From positions 1 to 64,000 of the IMG/VR virus record IMGVR_UViG_3300045988_097708: a stretch of 64,000 bases of DNA. One strand, given 5' to 3'. The notes below the pieces were generated by a model. It was not told where the DNA came from, did no database searches, and was given only the letters and a program-made list of their open reading frames with translations. This document shows, one piece after another, positions 7,233-17,397 of the stretch (position 1 is the stretch's first letter; each line of letters begins with the position of its first letter). A program made the translations under genes and the position numbers. The stretch comes from a virus.

Positions 7233-9069
7233 AGCGTATGTGGCCGGCCTGGGCTGGGTGACAAAAAAGCCCACGCAGGAGCGCAGCTACGAAAACTACG
7301 AGGACGCTTTTTGGGCATTTTTGGTGTGGATATTCCGATGGTACCCGGATAAGGCGTGCGATGTATTCAGAAGCGCGGAGGCGGACTATGGCAACGAAGA
7401 ACTGTTGCAGCGGGTAATGATGCGCGCATACGCCCGCAACGCTTCCGTGTCGTTTACCGGCACTCGCGGCATGACAAAGACCAACACAAAGCTCAAATAT
7501 GCGCTGGTAAACGGACTGGTGTGGCCCGGGACGCAGAGTGCCTATTATGGCCCGGCGTACCGCCAGATGGCGACCATAGGAAGCAAGACATTCAAGCAGA
7601 TCGAGCACGATTACCCGACGCTGGCAAAGCAGTGGCGGGTGACGGCGGACAGCAAGGACGACTTCAAGATAGAGACCGACTGCGGGAGCGCGTTTTACAT
7701 AGCCGCTATGCGAGGAGACAACCTGCATGATGTGACGGCGGAGGAGTACGCACAGGAGGAGAACCCGGCGTTTGACTTCAACGAGTATACCACGGTGGTA
7801 TTGCCGGCGGTGCGACTGACGCATAATGTGAACGGAAAGCCGGACCCCAACTACATCCCCTACAAAGACCACGCCATCACCAGCGCGGGACGGAAGCAAA
7901 ATCACGCTTACGAAACGCGGTGCGAGAACATGAAAGCCATGCTGGCGGGCGAGAGCGCCTTTGCCTATGACATTTCGTGGGAGTGCGTGGTGCTGCAGCA
8001 GATGCGGCCTTTCACATGGGCGCTGAAGTATAAGCGAAAATGCACGGCGGAAAAGTGGATGCGCGAGTTCGAAAGCCGGTACACCGGCGCGGACAGCAAT
8101 CCCATCGTGCGGGACGAGGTGCTGACGGAGTGCCGGAAACTGATGATCGCGGAGAACCGGCACTGCGCCTACGACATAGGCAACAAGTTGAAGCCGGAGG
8201 ACGTGATCTACATCGTGGGGTACGACGTATCCTACGCCGATGACAAGAAAAACGCGAAATGCGCCTGCGTGGTGCTGAAATGCACCCGTCAGACGGACTG
8301 GCTGAAGCGGGACAGGTACCTGAAGCAGGCGGTGTATGTGGACGTGTGGAACCCACCGGTAAAGAGCATGATGCAGGCACAGCGGATCAAGGACGTGTGG
8401 AGCCGCTTCTGCTGCGACGGAGGGGCCGCGACATACCTGGCAATAGACGCATGGCAGTACGGCACCAGCGTGGTGGAGAACCTGATGATGGACCTTGGCG
8501 ACGGCCTTGCGCCGCTGTGCGTGCGGAACCACGCCAGCTTTACGGAGCTGGAGCAGGAGAACGCCGTGCCGTGCCTGTACCCCATCAAGGCGGGCGGCGC
8601 GGGCGTGACGGATCCTGACGCGGAGATGGTGCGGTACGCGGAGCTGCAATTTGAGAACCGGAACGTGGAACTGCTGTGCTCTAACGTGAACGAGGGCGTG
8701 GAGAACTACAAGAAGTACCACCGGATCAAGGACGACAGCATGGATGCCATGCTGGCAGACCCCTACATAAAGACCCGGGAACTGGTGGGGCAGATACAGA
8801 ACCTGAAAAAAGTGGCCAGCGGCACGACCCAAAAGGAAGAACGCATTTCCAAGCACATACAGCGCGATATATGGTCGGCACTGAAATATGCGCTGCGGGT
8901 GGCGCAGATACTGGAGCGCGAGGAGCTGGCGCAGGCGGTGCGGCATAAGAGCGACTGGGACGCGGAGCTGGCAAAATACAAAAACCGCGCCGCGGCACCG
9001 CACAGAGCGGCGGCAGCCGGCGCGGGAGGCCGCACGGTGACGGCGCGGCGCGGCGGGAGGATATGCTGA
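7213..9069 (+). CDS. terminase large subunit
   Basis: 618 aa; Walker-A-like FTGTRGMTKT; acidic nuclease-type segment IVGYDVSYADD; sits before the portal. Confidence 0.8.
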   Translation: MARRTGKAYVAGLGWVTKKPTQERSYENYEDAFWAFLVWIFRWYPDKACDVFRSAEADYGNEELLQRVMMRAYARNASVSFTGTRGMTKTNTKLKYALVNGLVWPGTQSAYYGPAYRQMATIGSKTFKQIEHDYPTLAKQWRVTADSKDDFKIETDCGSAFYIAAMRGDNLHDVTAEEYAQEENPAFDFNEYTTVVLPAVRLTHNVNGKPDPNYIPYKDHAITSAGRKQNHAYETRCENMKAMLAGESAFAYDISWECVVLQQMRPFTWALKYKRKCTAEKWMREFESRYTGADSNPIVRDEVLTECRKLMIAENRHCAYDIGNKLKPEDVIYIVGYDVSYADDKKNAKCACVVLKCTRQTDWLKRDRYLKQAVYVDVWNPPVKSMMQAQRIKDVWSRFCCDGGAATYLAIDAWQYGTSVVENLMMDLGDGLAPLCVRNHASFTELEQENAVPCLYPIKAGGAGVTDPDAEMVRYAELQFENRNVELLCSNVNEGVENYKKYHRIKDDSMDAMLADPYIKTRELVGQIQNLKKVASGTTQKEERISKHIQRDIWSALKYALRVAQILEREELAQAVRHKSDWDAELAKYKNRAAAPHRAAAAGAGGRTVTARRGGRIC

Positions 9070-9070
9070 A

Positions 9071-9442
9071 ATGGCGGCAAGGAAGTACAGACTGTACGCG
9101 GCACGGGTGACAGGCGAAACGGTGGCGCTGGCGGAAAAGGAGCGCTTTGTGCGGATAACGGCGGGGTATATGCTGCTGTACCGCACTACGGCGCCGAAAA
9201 AAATGCAGACGGTGGAGATCAAAGGCGCGGATCTGAAACGCCTGACGGAGCGAGACCGGCTGTGGCTGGCGGACTGCATCGCGGCGGCGCTGGCGGACGG
9301 GGTGAAAAAGAACAGGGCTGACACGCAGAAGCGGCTGAACGAGCTGCTGGATGCGTGGGAGAGGGAGCTGGAAAAAGAGCGCTCCCGCATAGACGAGGAG
9401 GCGGCGCATGGAGCAGGAGAAGCGGAGGAATCTGACAAGTGA
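9071..9442 (+). CDS. hypothetical protein
   Basis: ORF track; lies between terminase and portal. Confidence 0.55.
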   Translation: MAARKYRLYAARVTGETVALAEKERFVRITAGYMLLYRTTAPKKMQTVEIKGADLKRLTERDRLWLADCIAAALADGVKKNRADTQKRLNELLDAWERELEKERSRIDEEAAHGAGEAEESDK

Positions 9443-11204
9443 ATTGCAGAGCGTAGCCTGCGGCACCTACCCGGAGATATTTCAGCGCTTCAACGCGCTG
9501 GCGGAGCAGTACGGCAATATGCCGGCAGGGGCGCTGGCCAGCGCCTTCAGCCGGGTGAGCATGAGCCAGTCGGCACGGGTGAACCCCTACATACAGAACC
9601 GAAGGGTGCAGGCTATCTCCTCGCTGCCGGAGGACTATACCAAGAATACGGTGGCAGAGATGCTGACCGCCCCGCTTGGCAACGAGCAGGGGCTGCGGCA
9701 GGTGGAGCACGGGCTGGAATTTACGGCCTATCCGCTTTTCCATACCCGGAAGATGTACCAGGATCTGCTGACGTATCACAGCTACATCGCCCCGGAGTTC
9801 ACCGATAAGGACACGGCGAAGAACGACGAGTTCTGGCGGGAGTGGAAGCTGCTGGAGAAGCTGCGGCGCAAGCTGGACGTAAAGACCACGGCCCACAAGC
9901 TGGCGGGGCAGGCGGTGCAGGAGGGCAAAGTATTCTACTACCCCCGCGTGAGCGTGGACAAGCCCCACAACAAGGTGAACTACGCTTTTATGCAGCAGCT
10001 GCCCAGCGACTGGATAAAGATCGTGGGGTTCAACAGCGTGTCGAAGTACACCGTGGCCTTTAACATGATGTATTTTCTGAAGCCTGGATGTGAGCCGGCG
10101 CAGTTCGGGGACCTGTTTAAGCCATACTGGGGCATATTCACCCAAGTGGCGGCGAGGCCGCCAAAGGGCGCGGGCACCCGGTATGTATACGCGGCGAAGA
10201 ACACCATCAATATGAACCGCTTTACCGAGCTGAAAACGGCAGCGGAGCAGGGAGGCGGCGTGCTGCCGGGAGACCCGGACGTATACTACCAGAACGGGAA
10301 GTGGTGCTACTGGGTGACGCTGCCGGTGGATGCCGTATATCCTTTCGAGATAGACGACGCGCAGACGGCGGTGGTATCACCGCTGACGGGACTTTTCCTA
10401 TCGTTTATACAGATCGCGCAGTACGAGCAGATACAGCTGGAGCTGGTACAGAACCCGCTGATCTCTCTGCTGACGGGCGAGATCGAATACGACGACAACA
10501 GCACGAGGCAGCAGTCGGACAGCTACAAGCTGAGCAACGCAGGGTGGGAGCTTTTCCGCACAAGGTTTTACAACGAACTGGCGGAGAACAACACCAGCGG
10601 CATAGGCTGGTACGCCGCGCCGCTGAAGAACATGGAGCTGCACCAGCTGGCCGAGGCGCCCAGCGCCACGAAGATAAGCTCCGCAGGGTACGGCTACACC
10701 ATGGCGAAGGCGGGCCTGAGCGCACTGATACCCACCAGCGACGAGCCGCGGGCGGGCGTGGCGAATATCAGCTTGCAGATAGAGAGCAAGTTTGCCGAGC
10801 AGATATACCGGTGCTATGAGCGCATGATGCAGGGCATCATGGACGGGCTGAACCTGAAGTATTCATGGAGATTTGAGTGTTTCGGGGACATTGCCACGGA
10901 CAATGATTTGAAAGAAAGCCTGAGAAAAGATATGACGCTGGGCATATTGCCGGCAACGCTGAAATATCTGGCTATGAACAATATGTCTCTGCTGGATGAT
11001 ATGTCCATAAGCCGAGCGATGCTGGAATCCGGCATTATGGATTTGAGGAAACCTCTCAGCTCCACGTTTACGGAAGCAAAAAACGGTGGCAATGGAAACC
11101 AGACCCCGGAAGCTAAAAGAGCAACCAATCCAGGAGGCAGACCGAAATCGGAGGGAAACCCAGCGACAGAGGGGCAGGAAGCGTCAGAGGATGCGGGAGG
11201 CTGA
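9408..11204 (+). CDS. portal protein
   Basis: 598 aa, directly downstream of the terminase, acidic C-terminus; assigned by position and size. Confidence 0.7.
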   Translation: MEQEKRRNLTSELQSVACGTYPEIFQRFNALAEQYGNMPAGALASAFSRVSMSQSARVNPYIQNRRVQAISSLPEDYTKNTVAEMLTAPLGNEQGLRQVEHGLEFTAYPLFHTRKMYQDLLTYHSYIAPEFTDKDTAKNDEFWREWKLLEKLRRKLDVKTTAHKLAGQAVQEGKVFYYPRVSVDKPHNKVNYAFMQQLPSDWIKIVGFNSVSKYTVAFNMMYFLKPGCEPAQFGDLFKPYWGIFTQVAARPPKGAGTRYVYAAKNTINMNRFTELKTAAEQGGGVLPGDPDVYYQNGKWCYWVTLPVDAVYPFEIDDAQTAVVSPLTGLFLSFIQIAQYEQIQLELVQNPLISLLTGEIEYDDNSTRQQSDSYKLSNAGWELFRTRFYNELAENNTSGIGWYAAPLKNMELHQLAEAPSATKISSAGYGYTMAKAGLSALIPTSDEPRAGVANISLQIESKFAEQIYRCYERMMQGIMDGLNLKYSWRFECFGDIATDNDLKESLRKDMTLGILPATLKYLAMNNMSLLDDMSISRAMLESGIMDLRKPLSSTFTEAKNGGNGNQTPEAKRATNPGGRPKSEGNPATEGQEASEDAGG

Positions 11205-11210
11205 GAAGAA

Positions 11211-11387
11211 ATGGGCATGATGGCGATACTGACGGCAGATGACCTGCCCGAGATCAACCGGGAGCTGGCCAGAGGAAACGACGTGGAGATACGCCGGACG
11301 GCGGACGGACTGGCCATAAAGGCACACACCGTACACACGGTGAAGAAAAAGAAAGGCACGGCACTGCCGATGCCGACAGACCGATAG
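11211..11387 (+). CDS. small hypothetical protein (58 aa)
   Basis: ATG 6 nt after the portal stop, preceded by GGAGG; too short for the ORF track. Confidence 0.4.
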   Translation: MGMMAILTADDLPEINRELARGNDVEIRRTADGLAIKAHTVHTVKKKKGTALPMPTDR

Positions 11388-11607
11388 GGCGGCGAGAGCC
11401 CCTGCGACAGTGGGGAACGAAAACAGAGAATGCGGCTGCTGTGACCGAAGGCTTGCGCGGAGGCGCGGGGTATTGAGGTAGGCGCAATGGCCGTGAAAAG
11501 TGGATAACCGCGGCAAAGGGGCTGCGGGGAAAGCCAAATGGGGCTGCGCCGGTGGAGAACACCGGCTGCGGTCTCATTTTCATTTTGCGGAGAGAGGGAG
11601 TGAGGAC

Positions 11608-12144
11608 ATGAGAGCACAGGAATACGCCAGCTGGGATAACCCCCGGTTCGCGCCTATGCGGGAGCCGATGCGCCGGGTGATGGAAGCATACGGCAATGCG
11701 GAAAAGTGGTTCGCGGACATCAAGGACCGGGTGCTGTGCGACATGGGTATGCCGTTTTTGTCGGATGCCATACACAAGCTGGAGCACAAGCAGCCTGAGC
11801 GGATAGACGAGTTTGCGGAGATACCCCACGACTACCACCTGCGGCTGATGTACCCGGGTACGCCGGAGCTGGACGAGGACTTTGACAACGACCTGGACCG
11901 GGTATTCGAGGTGTGCGTGGCCATTGTGGACGGTGTAAACGAGGCACTGGGCGGATTTATCCGCGCCACGGCGGATGGGGAGTTCAACGCGCTTTCCCTG
12001 AAGGCGGAGGAGCTGCAGATCGCCAACACCGACGACAGGCGCAAACTGCTGGATGCCTGGACTATGTGGGACCAGGGCGGTATGAGCCGCGCCACCTTTG
12101 ACAGCTGGTGCCGAAAACTGTTTGAAGGCGGTGAGGACGAATGA
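11608..12144 (+). CDS. hypothetical head-module protein
   Basis: GAGGGAGTGAGG RBS before ATG 11608; overlaps the next gene by ATGA. Confidence 0.6.
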   Translation: MRAQEYASWDNPRFAPMREPMRRVMEAYGNAEKWFADIKDRVLCDMGMPFLSDAIHKLEHKQPERIDEFAEIPHDYHLRLMYPGTPELDEDFDNDLDRVFEVCVAIVDGVNEALGGFIRATADGEFNALSLKAEELQIANTDDRRKLLDAWTMWDQGGMSRATFDSWCRKLFEGGEDE

Positions 12145-13535
12145 GCACGCTGAAAACCAAGGCGCTGCCCAAGAAGGTGAGCGCCAGCGGCACGCTGAAG
12201 GTGATGCAGAAACTCAACGAATACGAGTTTGGCGTTGAGATGTGGGTCCTGCGGGAGGGTGAAAACCGCAACAAGTGGGACTATCGAAACCTCGCGGAAT
12301 ACTACAAGACTTTTGTAGGACAGCCCATCCTGATCGCTTATGTGGGGCAGCAGGTGGGGGACGGACACAACATGAGCAAGCGCCGGGATCCCAAGACCGG
12401 GGAGGAGTACCAATCCTTCATGGAGGGGACGGCCGAGCGCATCGTGGGAACGCTGTCCGATGACGAAAAGGACTTTACCCTTGTGGAGAGGGGCGGTCAT
12501 ACATGGCTCAGAGCGAAGGGACGGCTATTTGCTTTTTACGCCCCGGAGCTGACGCGGAAGATCGTGGAACAGGGCACGATGGACGTTTCCGCCGAGACAA
12601 TGGTGTCGGAGAGCCACAAAGAAGGCGATGTGGACGTGTTTACCAAATGGTCGGGCATAGGCGTGACCATCCTGGGCGACAGGGTAAACCCGGCGATACC
12701 GGGTGCGAGCATCGCAAAGCTGGCGGCCATGCAGGAGGAATTTAAGGAATTGAAGCTGCGGGCCGCGTCGCTGCACACAGCCGCAGAGGGCAGCGACGGC
12801 AAGGAACCCGACAAAAACACAAAAAAAGGAGTGAAAAGCAACATGAACAAGAGAGCGATGGAGCAGATGCAGACCAAGTTCCCCAACCACAAGGTGCTCT
12901 CCATGAGCGAGGACGGGCTGAACGTGGCACTGCTGGACGCTTCCGGCAATCTTTTCGGCTACACCTTTAACGCTGACGACAACGGAGAGGTGATCGCCAG
13001 CAAGATCATGCCCTGCGCGGCGCACATCGTGCTGAGCGTGGGAGAGGTGGAGCTGAACGCCGACGTGGCGGACGTGGTGGACTACACCGTGGCCTCCGTG
13101 AAGGAGACCGACGGCGAGGTGAAAAGCCTGAACGCCAAACTGGAAGCCGCCAATGAGCAGATCAGCGCCATGCAGGAAGCGGAGAGCAAGCGCCGGCTGA
13201 GCGCCTGCAAGGCTTCCGCCAAGGCCACGCTGGAGGCTTTCAACGCCAACCGCGAGGAAAAGGTGGCGGAGGATGCCATCAAGGCCGTGAACGAGAATAT
13301 CGAGGCCGGGTTGTACGCCAACAGCTGCGACAAGGACGGTGCGTGGCTGGGAGAGAAGCTGGTGCGCGAGGCGGTGCTGGCCGTGTGCGGCGAGGCCGTG
13401 ATGGAGAGCGACAAACGCAGCGCACAGAAGCGCAAGACCACCTATGCCTGGGAGCACATCGCCGGAAACGGCGGCGAGGGAAGCGAGGGTGTGGACGCTC
13501 TGCTGAACAAGTGGGGCATCGACGCCGGCAAGTAA
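12141..13535 (+). CDS. scaffolding / prohead-maturation protein
   Basis: 464 aa with a coiled-coil Ala/Glu/Lys-rich C-terminal half, upstream of the capsid gene. Confidence 0.5.
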   Translation: MSTLKTKALPKKVSASGTLKVMQKLNEYEFGVEMWVLREGENRNKWDYRNLAEYYKTFVGQPILIAYVGQQVGDGHNMSKRRDPKTGEEYQSFMEGTAERIVGTLSDDEKDFTLVERGGHTWLRAKGRLFAFYAPELTRKIVEQGTMDVSAETMVSESHKEGDVDVFTKWSGIGVTILGDRVNPAIPGASIAKLAAMQEEFKELKLRAASLHTAAEGSDGKEPDKNTKKGVKSNMNKRAMEQMQTKFPNHKVLSMSEDGLNVALLDASGNLFGYTFNADDNGEVIASKIMPCAAHIVLSVGEVELNADVADVVDYTVASVKETDGEVKSLNAKLEAANEQISAMQEAESKRRLSACKASAKATLEAFNANREEKVAEDAIKAVNENIEAGLYANSCDKDGAWLGEKLVREAVLAVCGEAVMESDKRSAQKRKTTYAWEHIAGNGGEGSEGVDALLNKWGIDAGK

Positions 13536-13558
13536 AACGAAAAGGAGAGTGAACAAAC

Positions 13559-14152
13559 ATGGCATACATCGAGAAAACCGCGTTTGAGCCGCGGATCACC
13601 AACAACGAGTTCAACGAACTGTGCAACATCACGGGACGCTATCAGGTGTCCGATGCGGATGCGGACTGCTCCGCGGGCCTGCTGGTGGTGCGCGGCGAGC
13701 AGCTGCCCTGTGCGGGCTTCAAGGGCGTTAAGAACGAAAACGCCTTTTATATGACCGCTGCGGGCGCTGCCGCCAACGCCGACACCGGCGTGTACGCCTG
13801 CAACACCTACGAGTGGCCCACGCTGGGCGGACGCAACGGCAACAACTACGCCGTGGGCACCGCCACGCTGGGGCTTGGCGTTCCTGCGGGCCGGGACGGC
13901 ACCTTCACCGAGATCGTGTTTGACGGCAAGCACGCCTACCGCTTCGGCGAGGGCAACCTGAGCGCCGCCATCGGCGCGAACACCATCTTCACCATCGCCA
14001 ACGGTCTGCTGGTGCCCGCTGCTGCCGCCCCCACTACTACCGGCGCCATCTACTTCAAACTGAAGGGCACCGGCAACTTCACCGAGGGCGCAGGGCAGAG
14101 TTTCGTGTACTACGACGTGTGGGCCTGCAAGGTCAGCACCGTGACCGCGTGA
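13559..14152 (+). CDS. hypothetical head protein (possible decoration protein)
   Basis: GGAGAG RBS; lies between scaffold and major capsid. Confidence 0.5.
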   Translation: MAYIEKTAFEPRITNNEFNELCNITGRYQVSDADADCSAGLLVVRGEQLPCAGFKGVKNENAFYMTAAGAAANADTGVYACNTYEWPTLGGRNGNNYAVGTATLGLGVPAGRDGTFTEIVFDGKHAYRFGEGNLSAAIGANTIFTIANGLLVPAAAAPTTTGAIYFKLKGTGNFTEGAGQSFVYYDVWACKVSTVTA

Positions 14153-14175
14153 CAAGAGAGGAGAGTGAGTAAGAA

Positions 14176-15393
14176 ATGGCAAAGCTGAACCTGAACAGCG
14201 TTTCCAACGAGGTTTTCGCCATCAACGGAAACGACCAGCGCGAGGACATCGTGGCCAAGGGCCGCGTGCTGTTTTATGAACACGCCCTGAAGGGCAAGAT
14301 GGCCATTCTGAGCGCCAAAGGACAGAACACCACCGTGCAGCGCACCATGAACGACCGGGGCTACAAGCAGCTGAACGAGCAGTTCCAGCGGGAGAGCCTG
14401 CTGTACGCCGCCAAGCTGGCCTGCGCCAGCACCGGCAAGAAGGCCCCCGAGAGCTGGGAGGAGTTCAAGCGCAATGGCGGTGAGTATTACGGCAACGCCC
14501 GGTTCTACGCCGTGCTGCAGGGCATCTGGCAGGAGGTCATCATCCCCATTTTGCCCGCCGTGTACTCTGAGGCGCTGAGCGACTTCGCCGAGACCGTGGA
14601 GATCGAGCTGGGCCAGACCTACGCCATAAGCATCGGCAGCAACGACATCCCCGTTTTCCAGGACTCCAGCTGGGGCGCCAGCCGCAGCGTGCCGCGTAAC
14701 CGCTTCTATTCCCGCGATTACACGCTGAACCCCACCCCCAAGAGCTGCTGGATCACTGCCAAGTGGATGCAGCTGGTGGGCGCCAACATGGACTTCGGCG
14801 TTTTCTTCGCCAACATGGTGGCGGGTATGTACGCCAAGACCATGGGTATGTGGAATGAGGCCATGACCACCGCCACGGAGGACACCAGCCTGATCCCCAC
14901 CAACCTGAACTTCACCTTCAACAACCAGAACTGGGTGAAGGGCGCCAACAAGATCGCCGCGCTGAACAACACCACCATCTCCGACGTGTTTGCCACCGGC
15001 GGCGCCGTGGCTCTGAGCAAGGTGCTGCCCAACACCGTGACCGGCTCCACCAACGTGAACATGGACGCCGCTATCGCCACGCTGCTGGGCGCCGACTACA
15101 CCAAGGCCGGCTACCTGGGCCAGTTCATGGCGGTGCGCCTGATGCCCATGCGGGACGTTATCATCCCCGGCACCCAGAACACCACCGTGGAGACTATGCT
15201 CAGCGAGAATGATGTTTGGATGTTGGCCGGCAACGGCAGAAAGCCGCTGACCATCGGCTACACCAGCGGAACGCCCATCTCTATCGAGATGGATCCCACC
15301 CGCACCGGGGATTTCGAGATCGGCCTGAACCTGACCATCGCTCTGGACTCTGTGGCCACGTTCGCGTCCAAGATCGCGCACTTCACCGTGTAA
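14176..15393 (+). CDS. major capsid protein
   Basis: 405 aa, position after the scaffold, strong stem-loop downstream. Confidence 0.7.
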   Translation: MAKLNLNSVSNEVFAINGNDQREDIVAKGRVLFYEHALKGKMAILSAKGQNTTVQRTMNDRGYKQLNEQFQRESLLYAAKLACASTGKKAPESWEEFKRNGGEYYGNARFYAVLQGIWQEVIIPILPAVYSEALSDFAETVEIELGQTYAISIGSNDIPVFQDSSWGASRSVPRNRFYSRDYTLNPTPKSCWITAKWMQLVGANMDFGVFFANMVAGMYAKTMGMWNEAMTTATEDTSLIPTNLNFTFNNQNWVKGANKIAALNNTTISDVFATGGAVALSKVLPNTVTGSTNVNMDAAIATLLGADYTKAGYLGQFMAVRLMPMRDVIIPGTQNTTVETMLSENDVWMLAGNGRKPLTIGYTSGTPISIEMDPTRTGDFEIGLNLTIALDSVATFASKIAHFTV

Positions 15394-15406
15394 GGGAAAC
15401 CACACA

Positions 15407-15431
15407 GGGGAAGGGGCGAAAGCCCCTCCCC
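15407..15431 (+). terminator. GC-rich stem-loop after the capsid gene (GGGGAAGGGGC GAAA GCCCCTCCCC)
   Basis: Seen directly. There is no U-run, so it may be an attenuator or a processing site. Confidence 0.4.
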
Positions 15432-15437
15432 GGATAT

Positions 15438-15512
15438 GCGGATTTAGTTTAACCGGGAAAACGGCGGTCTCCAAAACCGCAGTTCGTGGTTCGAGTCCTC
15501 GCGTCCGTGCCA
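15438..15512 (+). tRNA. tRNA-Trp (anticodon CCA), CCA encoded
   Basis: Hand fold: acceptor GCGGATT/CGTCCGT (two G-U pairs, one mismatch), D stem GTTT/AAAC, anticodon stem GCGGT/ACCGC, loop CTCCAAA, T loop TTCGAGT. Confidence 0.7.
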
Positions 15513-15572
15513 GATGAAAACGTTGGATCGTTTTCGCCCGAAAGGGAGTTTATGGGGGCGAAAGCCCCATAC

Positions 15573-15648
15573 GGAAATGTAGCTCAGTTGGCAGAGCATC
15601 TGACTGTTAATCAGAGGGGCGCAGGTTCAAGCCCTGCCGTTTCCGCCA
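15573..15648 (+). tRNA. tRNA-Asn (anticodon GTT), CCA encoded
   Basis: Hand fold: acceptor GGAAATG/CGTTTCC, D arm GCTC AGTTGGCA GAGC, anticodon stem TCTGA/TCAGA, loop CTGTTAA, T arm GCAGG TTCAAGC CCTGC. Confidence 0.85.
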
Positions 15649-15780
15649 TAAGGCTGTGCGGCGAAGCCGCGGGTATGCAATGCGCCGACGTGTAAACGGG
15701 GCAGCGGTGGGAGCCTTGACGCATTGCGGAAAGCAAAAATCGACGCAAAAACGAAAAATAAAGCTGAGAGGAGCGAAGAC

Positions 15781-16608
15781 ATGGGTAGACCGAAGAAAAG
15801 CGGGAACCAGCTGGCATCCCAGATCGCGGCGGAGAGCGCCGAGGAGGATATGCTCACGGTGCCGGCCGAGGACGTGACCGCAGTGGGAGACGACAGCAGC
15901 GAGACGCCGCTGACGGAGCTGGAACCCACGCTGAAGGGTGAAACCGTGCAGGTGGAAAAGGACGCTGTGGTGCCCGCACCGGAAATGCCGGCGATGTATA
16001 CCGCGGAGCAGGTGCAGCAGATGATGAAGGAGGCTGCCGCTTCCGCTGTGGCGGAGGCACTGAAGAACATCCCCCAGCAGGTGGTCCCGCAGGTCGTACA
16101 GGTGAGCGCCAGCACGGAGCAGGTGCATTTCCTGTGGATGGCGCCGGTGGCAGATGACAACGTGATCCAGTTCGGCGACGGCGGGATGTACGGAAACATC
16201 GTGGGCAAAACCGGCAGCTTCTATGTGCCGAAGCCCGATCTGAGCCGCATCCTGACGGAGCAGAACCGGCGGTTCATGGAGGAGCGCTGGCTTATTGTGG
16301 TCAGCGGTCTGAACGAGGAGGAGCGCGAGGCGCTGGGCGTGAACTACCGCGAGGGCGAACTGCTGGACAAGCGGGCTTTTGCCAAAATGGTGGAGCTGGG
16401 CGACGGGCTGCTGGACATCTATCCCACGCTGTGCGAGGGACACAAGATGATGGTGGCGCAGCGGTACGCAGACGCTTATCGCGCCGGCAGCGCGTGGGTC
16501 ACCAGAGAGCGGACGGTGGCGCTGAACCAGATGAGCAAGCGCAAGGGCCACGAAAAGGGCGATTTTATCGTCATCATCGAGGACATGAACGCAGAGGACG
16601 CCCGATAA
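15781..16608 (+). CDS. hypothetical structural protein
   Basis: GAGGAG RBS before ATG 15781; internal start of ORF 15724-16608. Confidence 0.6.
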   Translation: MGRPKKSGNQLASQIAAESAEEDMLTVPAEDVTAVGDDSSETPLTELEPTLKGETVQVEKDAVVPAPEMPAMYTAEQVQQMMKEAAASAVAEALKNIPQQVVPQVVQVSASTEQVHFLWMAPVADDNVIQFGDGGMYGNIVGKTGSFYVPKPDLSRILTEQNRRFMEERWLIVVSGLNEEEREALGVNYREGELLDKRAFAKMVELGDGLLDIYPTLCEGHKMMVAQRYADAYRAGSAWVTRERTVALNQMSKRKGHEKGDFIVIIEDMNAEDAR

Positions 16609-16652
16609 AAAACGGTGTTTTTACGGCGGAGAGAAAAGACGGGAGGAAGCGC

Positions 16653-17378
16653 ATGGGTACGAAATGGAGCGAGATCGTAACGGACCACGCCATGCTGAAC
16701 ATAGACGACGTGCGCTTGCAGGAGGAGGCGGCCAACAGTCCCGCGGCATTTCTGCGGCGGATGAGCCTGTATCTGGCAGAGGCGATCCCGCTTTTTTCCC
16801 TGCCGACGCAGATGAGCGCCTTTTTGCAGGACGGTCTGGTGATGCCGCAGTACGGCGACGTGTACTGGGTCAGCACTGAGCAGAGCACGGGACAGGAGAC
16901 TGCGGTGGAAACGGGCATGGTCGGCTACGAACTGTTTTCCTGCACGGTAGTGGAGCAGGACGTGACCGGCGGCATGACCTCCACGCCCTATCGGGACGCC
17001 AGGTATGACGCAGAGACAGGCGTTGTGACCATGTCCGTGCAGGAGGCGGCTGGCGTTACCTATACGCTGGACTTCTACACGGACGGCACGTTTGCAAACG
17101 ACCTGACGCTGACGCAGAAGCGGCTGCTGGGGCTGTGCGTGGCAGAGGTGTGGGACACCCGCTTTTACGGCCACAACTGGCTCAACGATCAGATGAAGAT
17201 CAAGGACGCCAGCTTTGAGACGGCGAATGAGTCCACCTATATGAAAGAGAGCGCCGTCAAGCACGGAAAAAACTACGGGATGCTGATGGATCAGCTGTAC
17301 AAGTATGAACAGGACTGTACCTATCTGAATACAGTGCGGCGGGGGCGCGGCGGATACGGGCGGTATCAGTTCGTATGA
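16653..17378 (+). CDS. hypothetical head-tail connector/adaptor
   Basis: GGGAGGAAG RBS before ATG 16653; assigned by position. Confidence 0.5.
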   Translation: MGTKWSEIVTDHAMLNIDDVRLQEEAANSPAAFLRRMSLYLAEAIPLFSLPTQMSAFLQDGLVMPQYGDVYWVSTEQSTGQETAVETGMVGYELFSCTVVEQDVTGGMTSTPYRDARYDAETGVVTMSVQEAAGVTYTLDFYTDGTFANDLTLTQKRLLGLCVAEVWDTRFYGHNWLNDQMKIKDASFETANESTYMKESAVKHGKNYGMLMDQLYKYEQDCTYLNTVRRGRGGYGRYQFV

Positions 17379-17397
17379 AAGCGGGAGGTGAGCGACG

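Noticed and set aside
6502-9438. 978-aa minus-strand ORF antisense to the terminase region. Similar long antisense ORFs occur at 12525-13565, 14110-15474, 20863-22788, 22544-24994, 26204-27361, 29448-31193 and 35036-36520.
   Set aside because: The translations are Arg/Ala/Pro/His-rich and low-complexity. They lie opposite well-supported structural genes with RBSs and overlapping start/stop codons. Long antisense open frames are expected by chance in GC-rich DNA.
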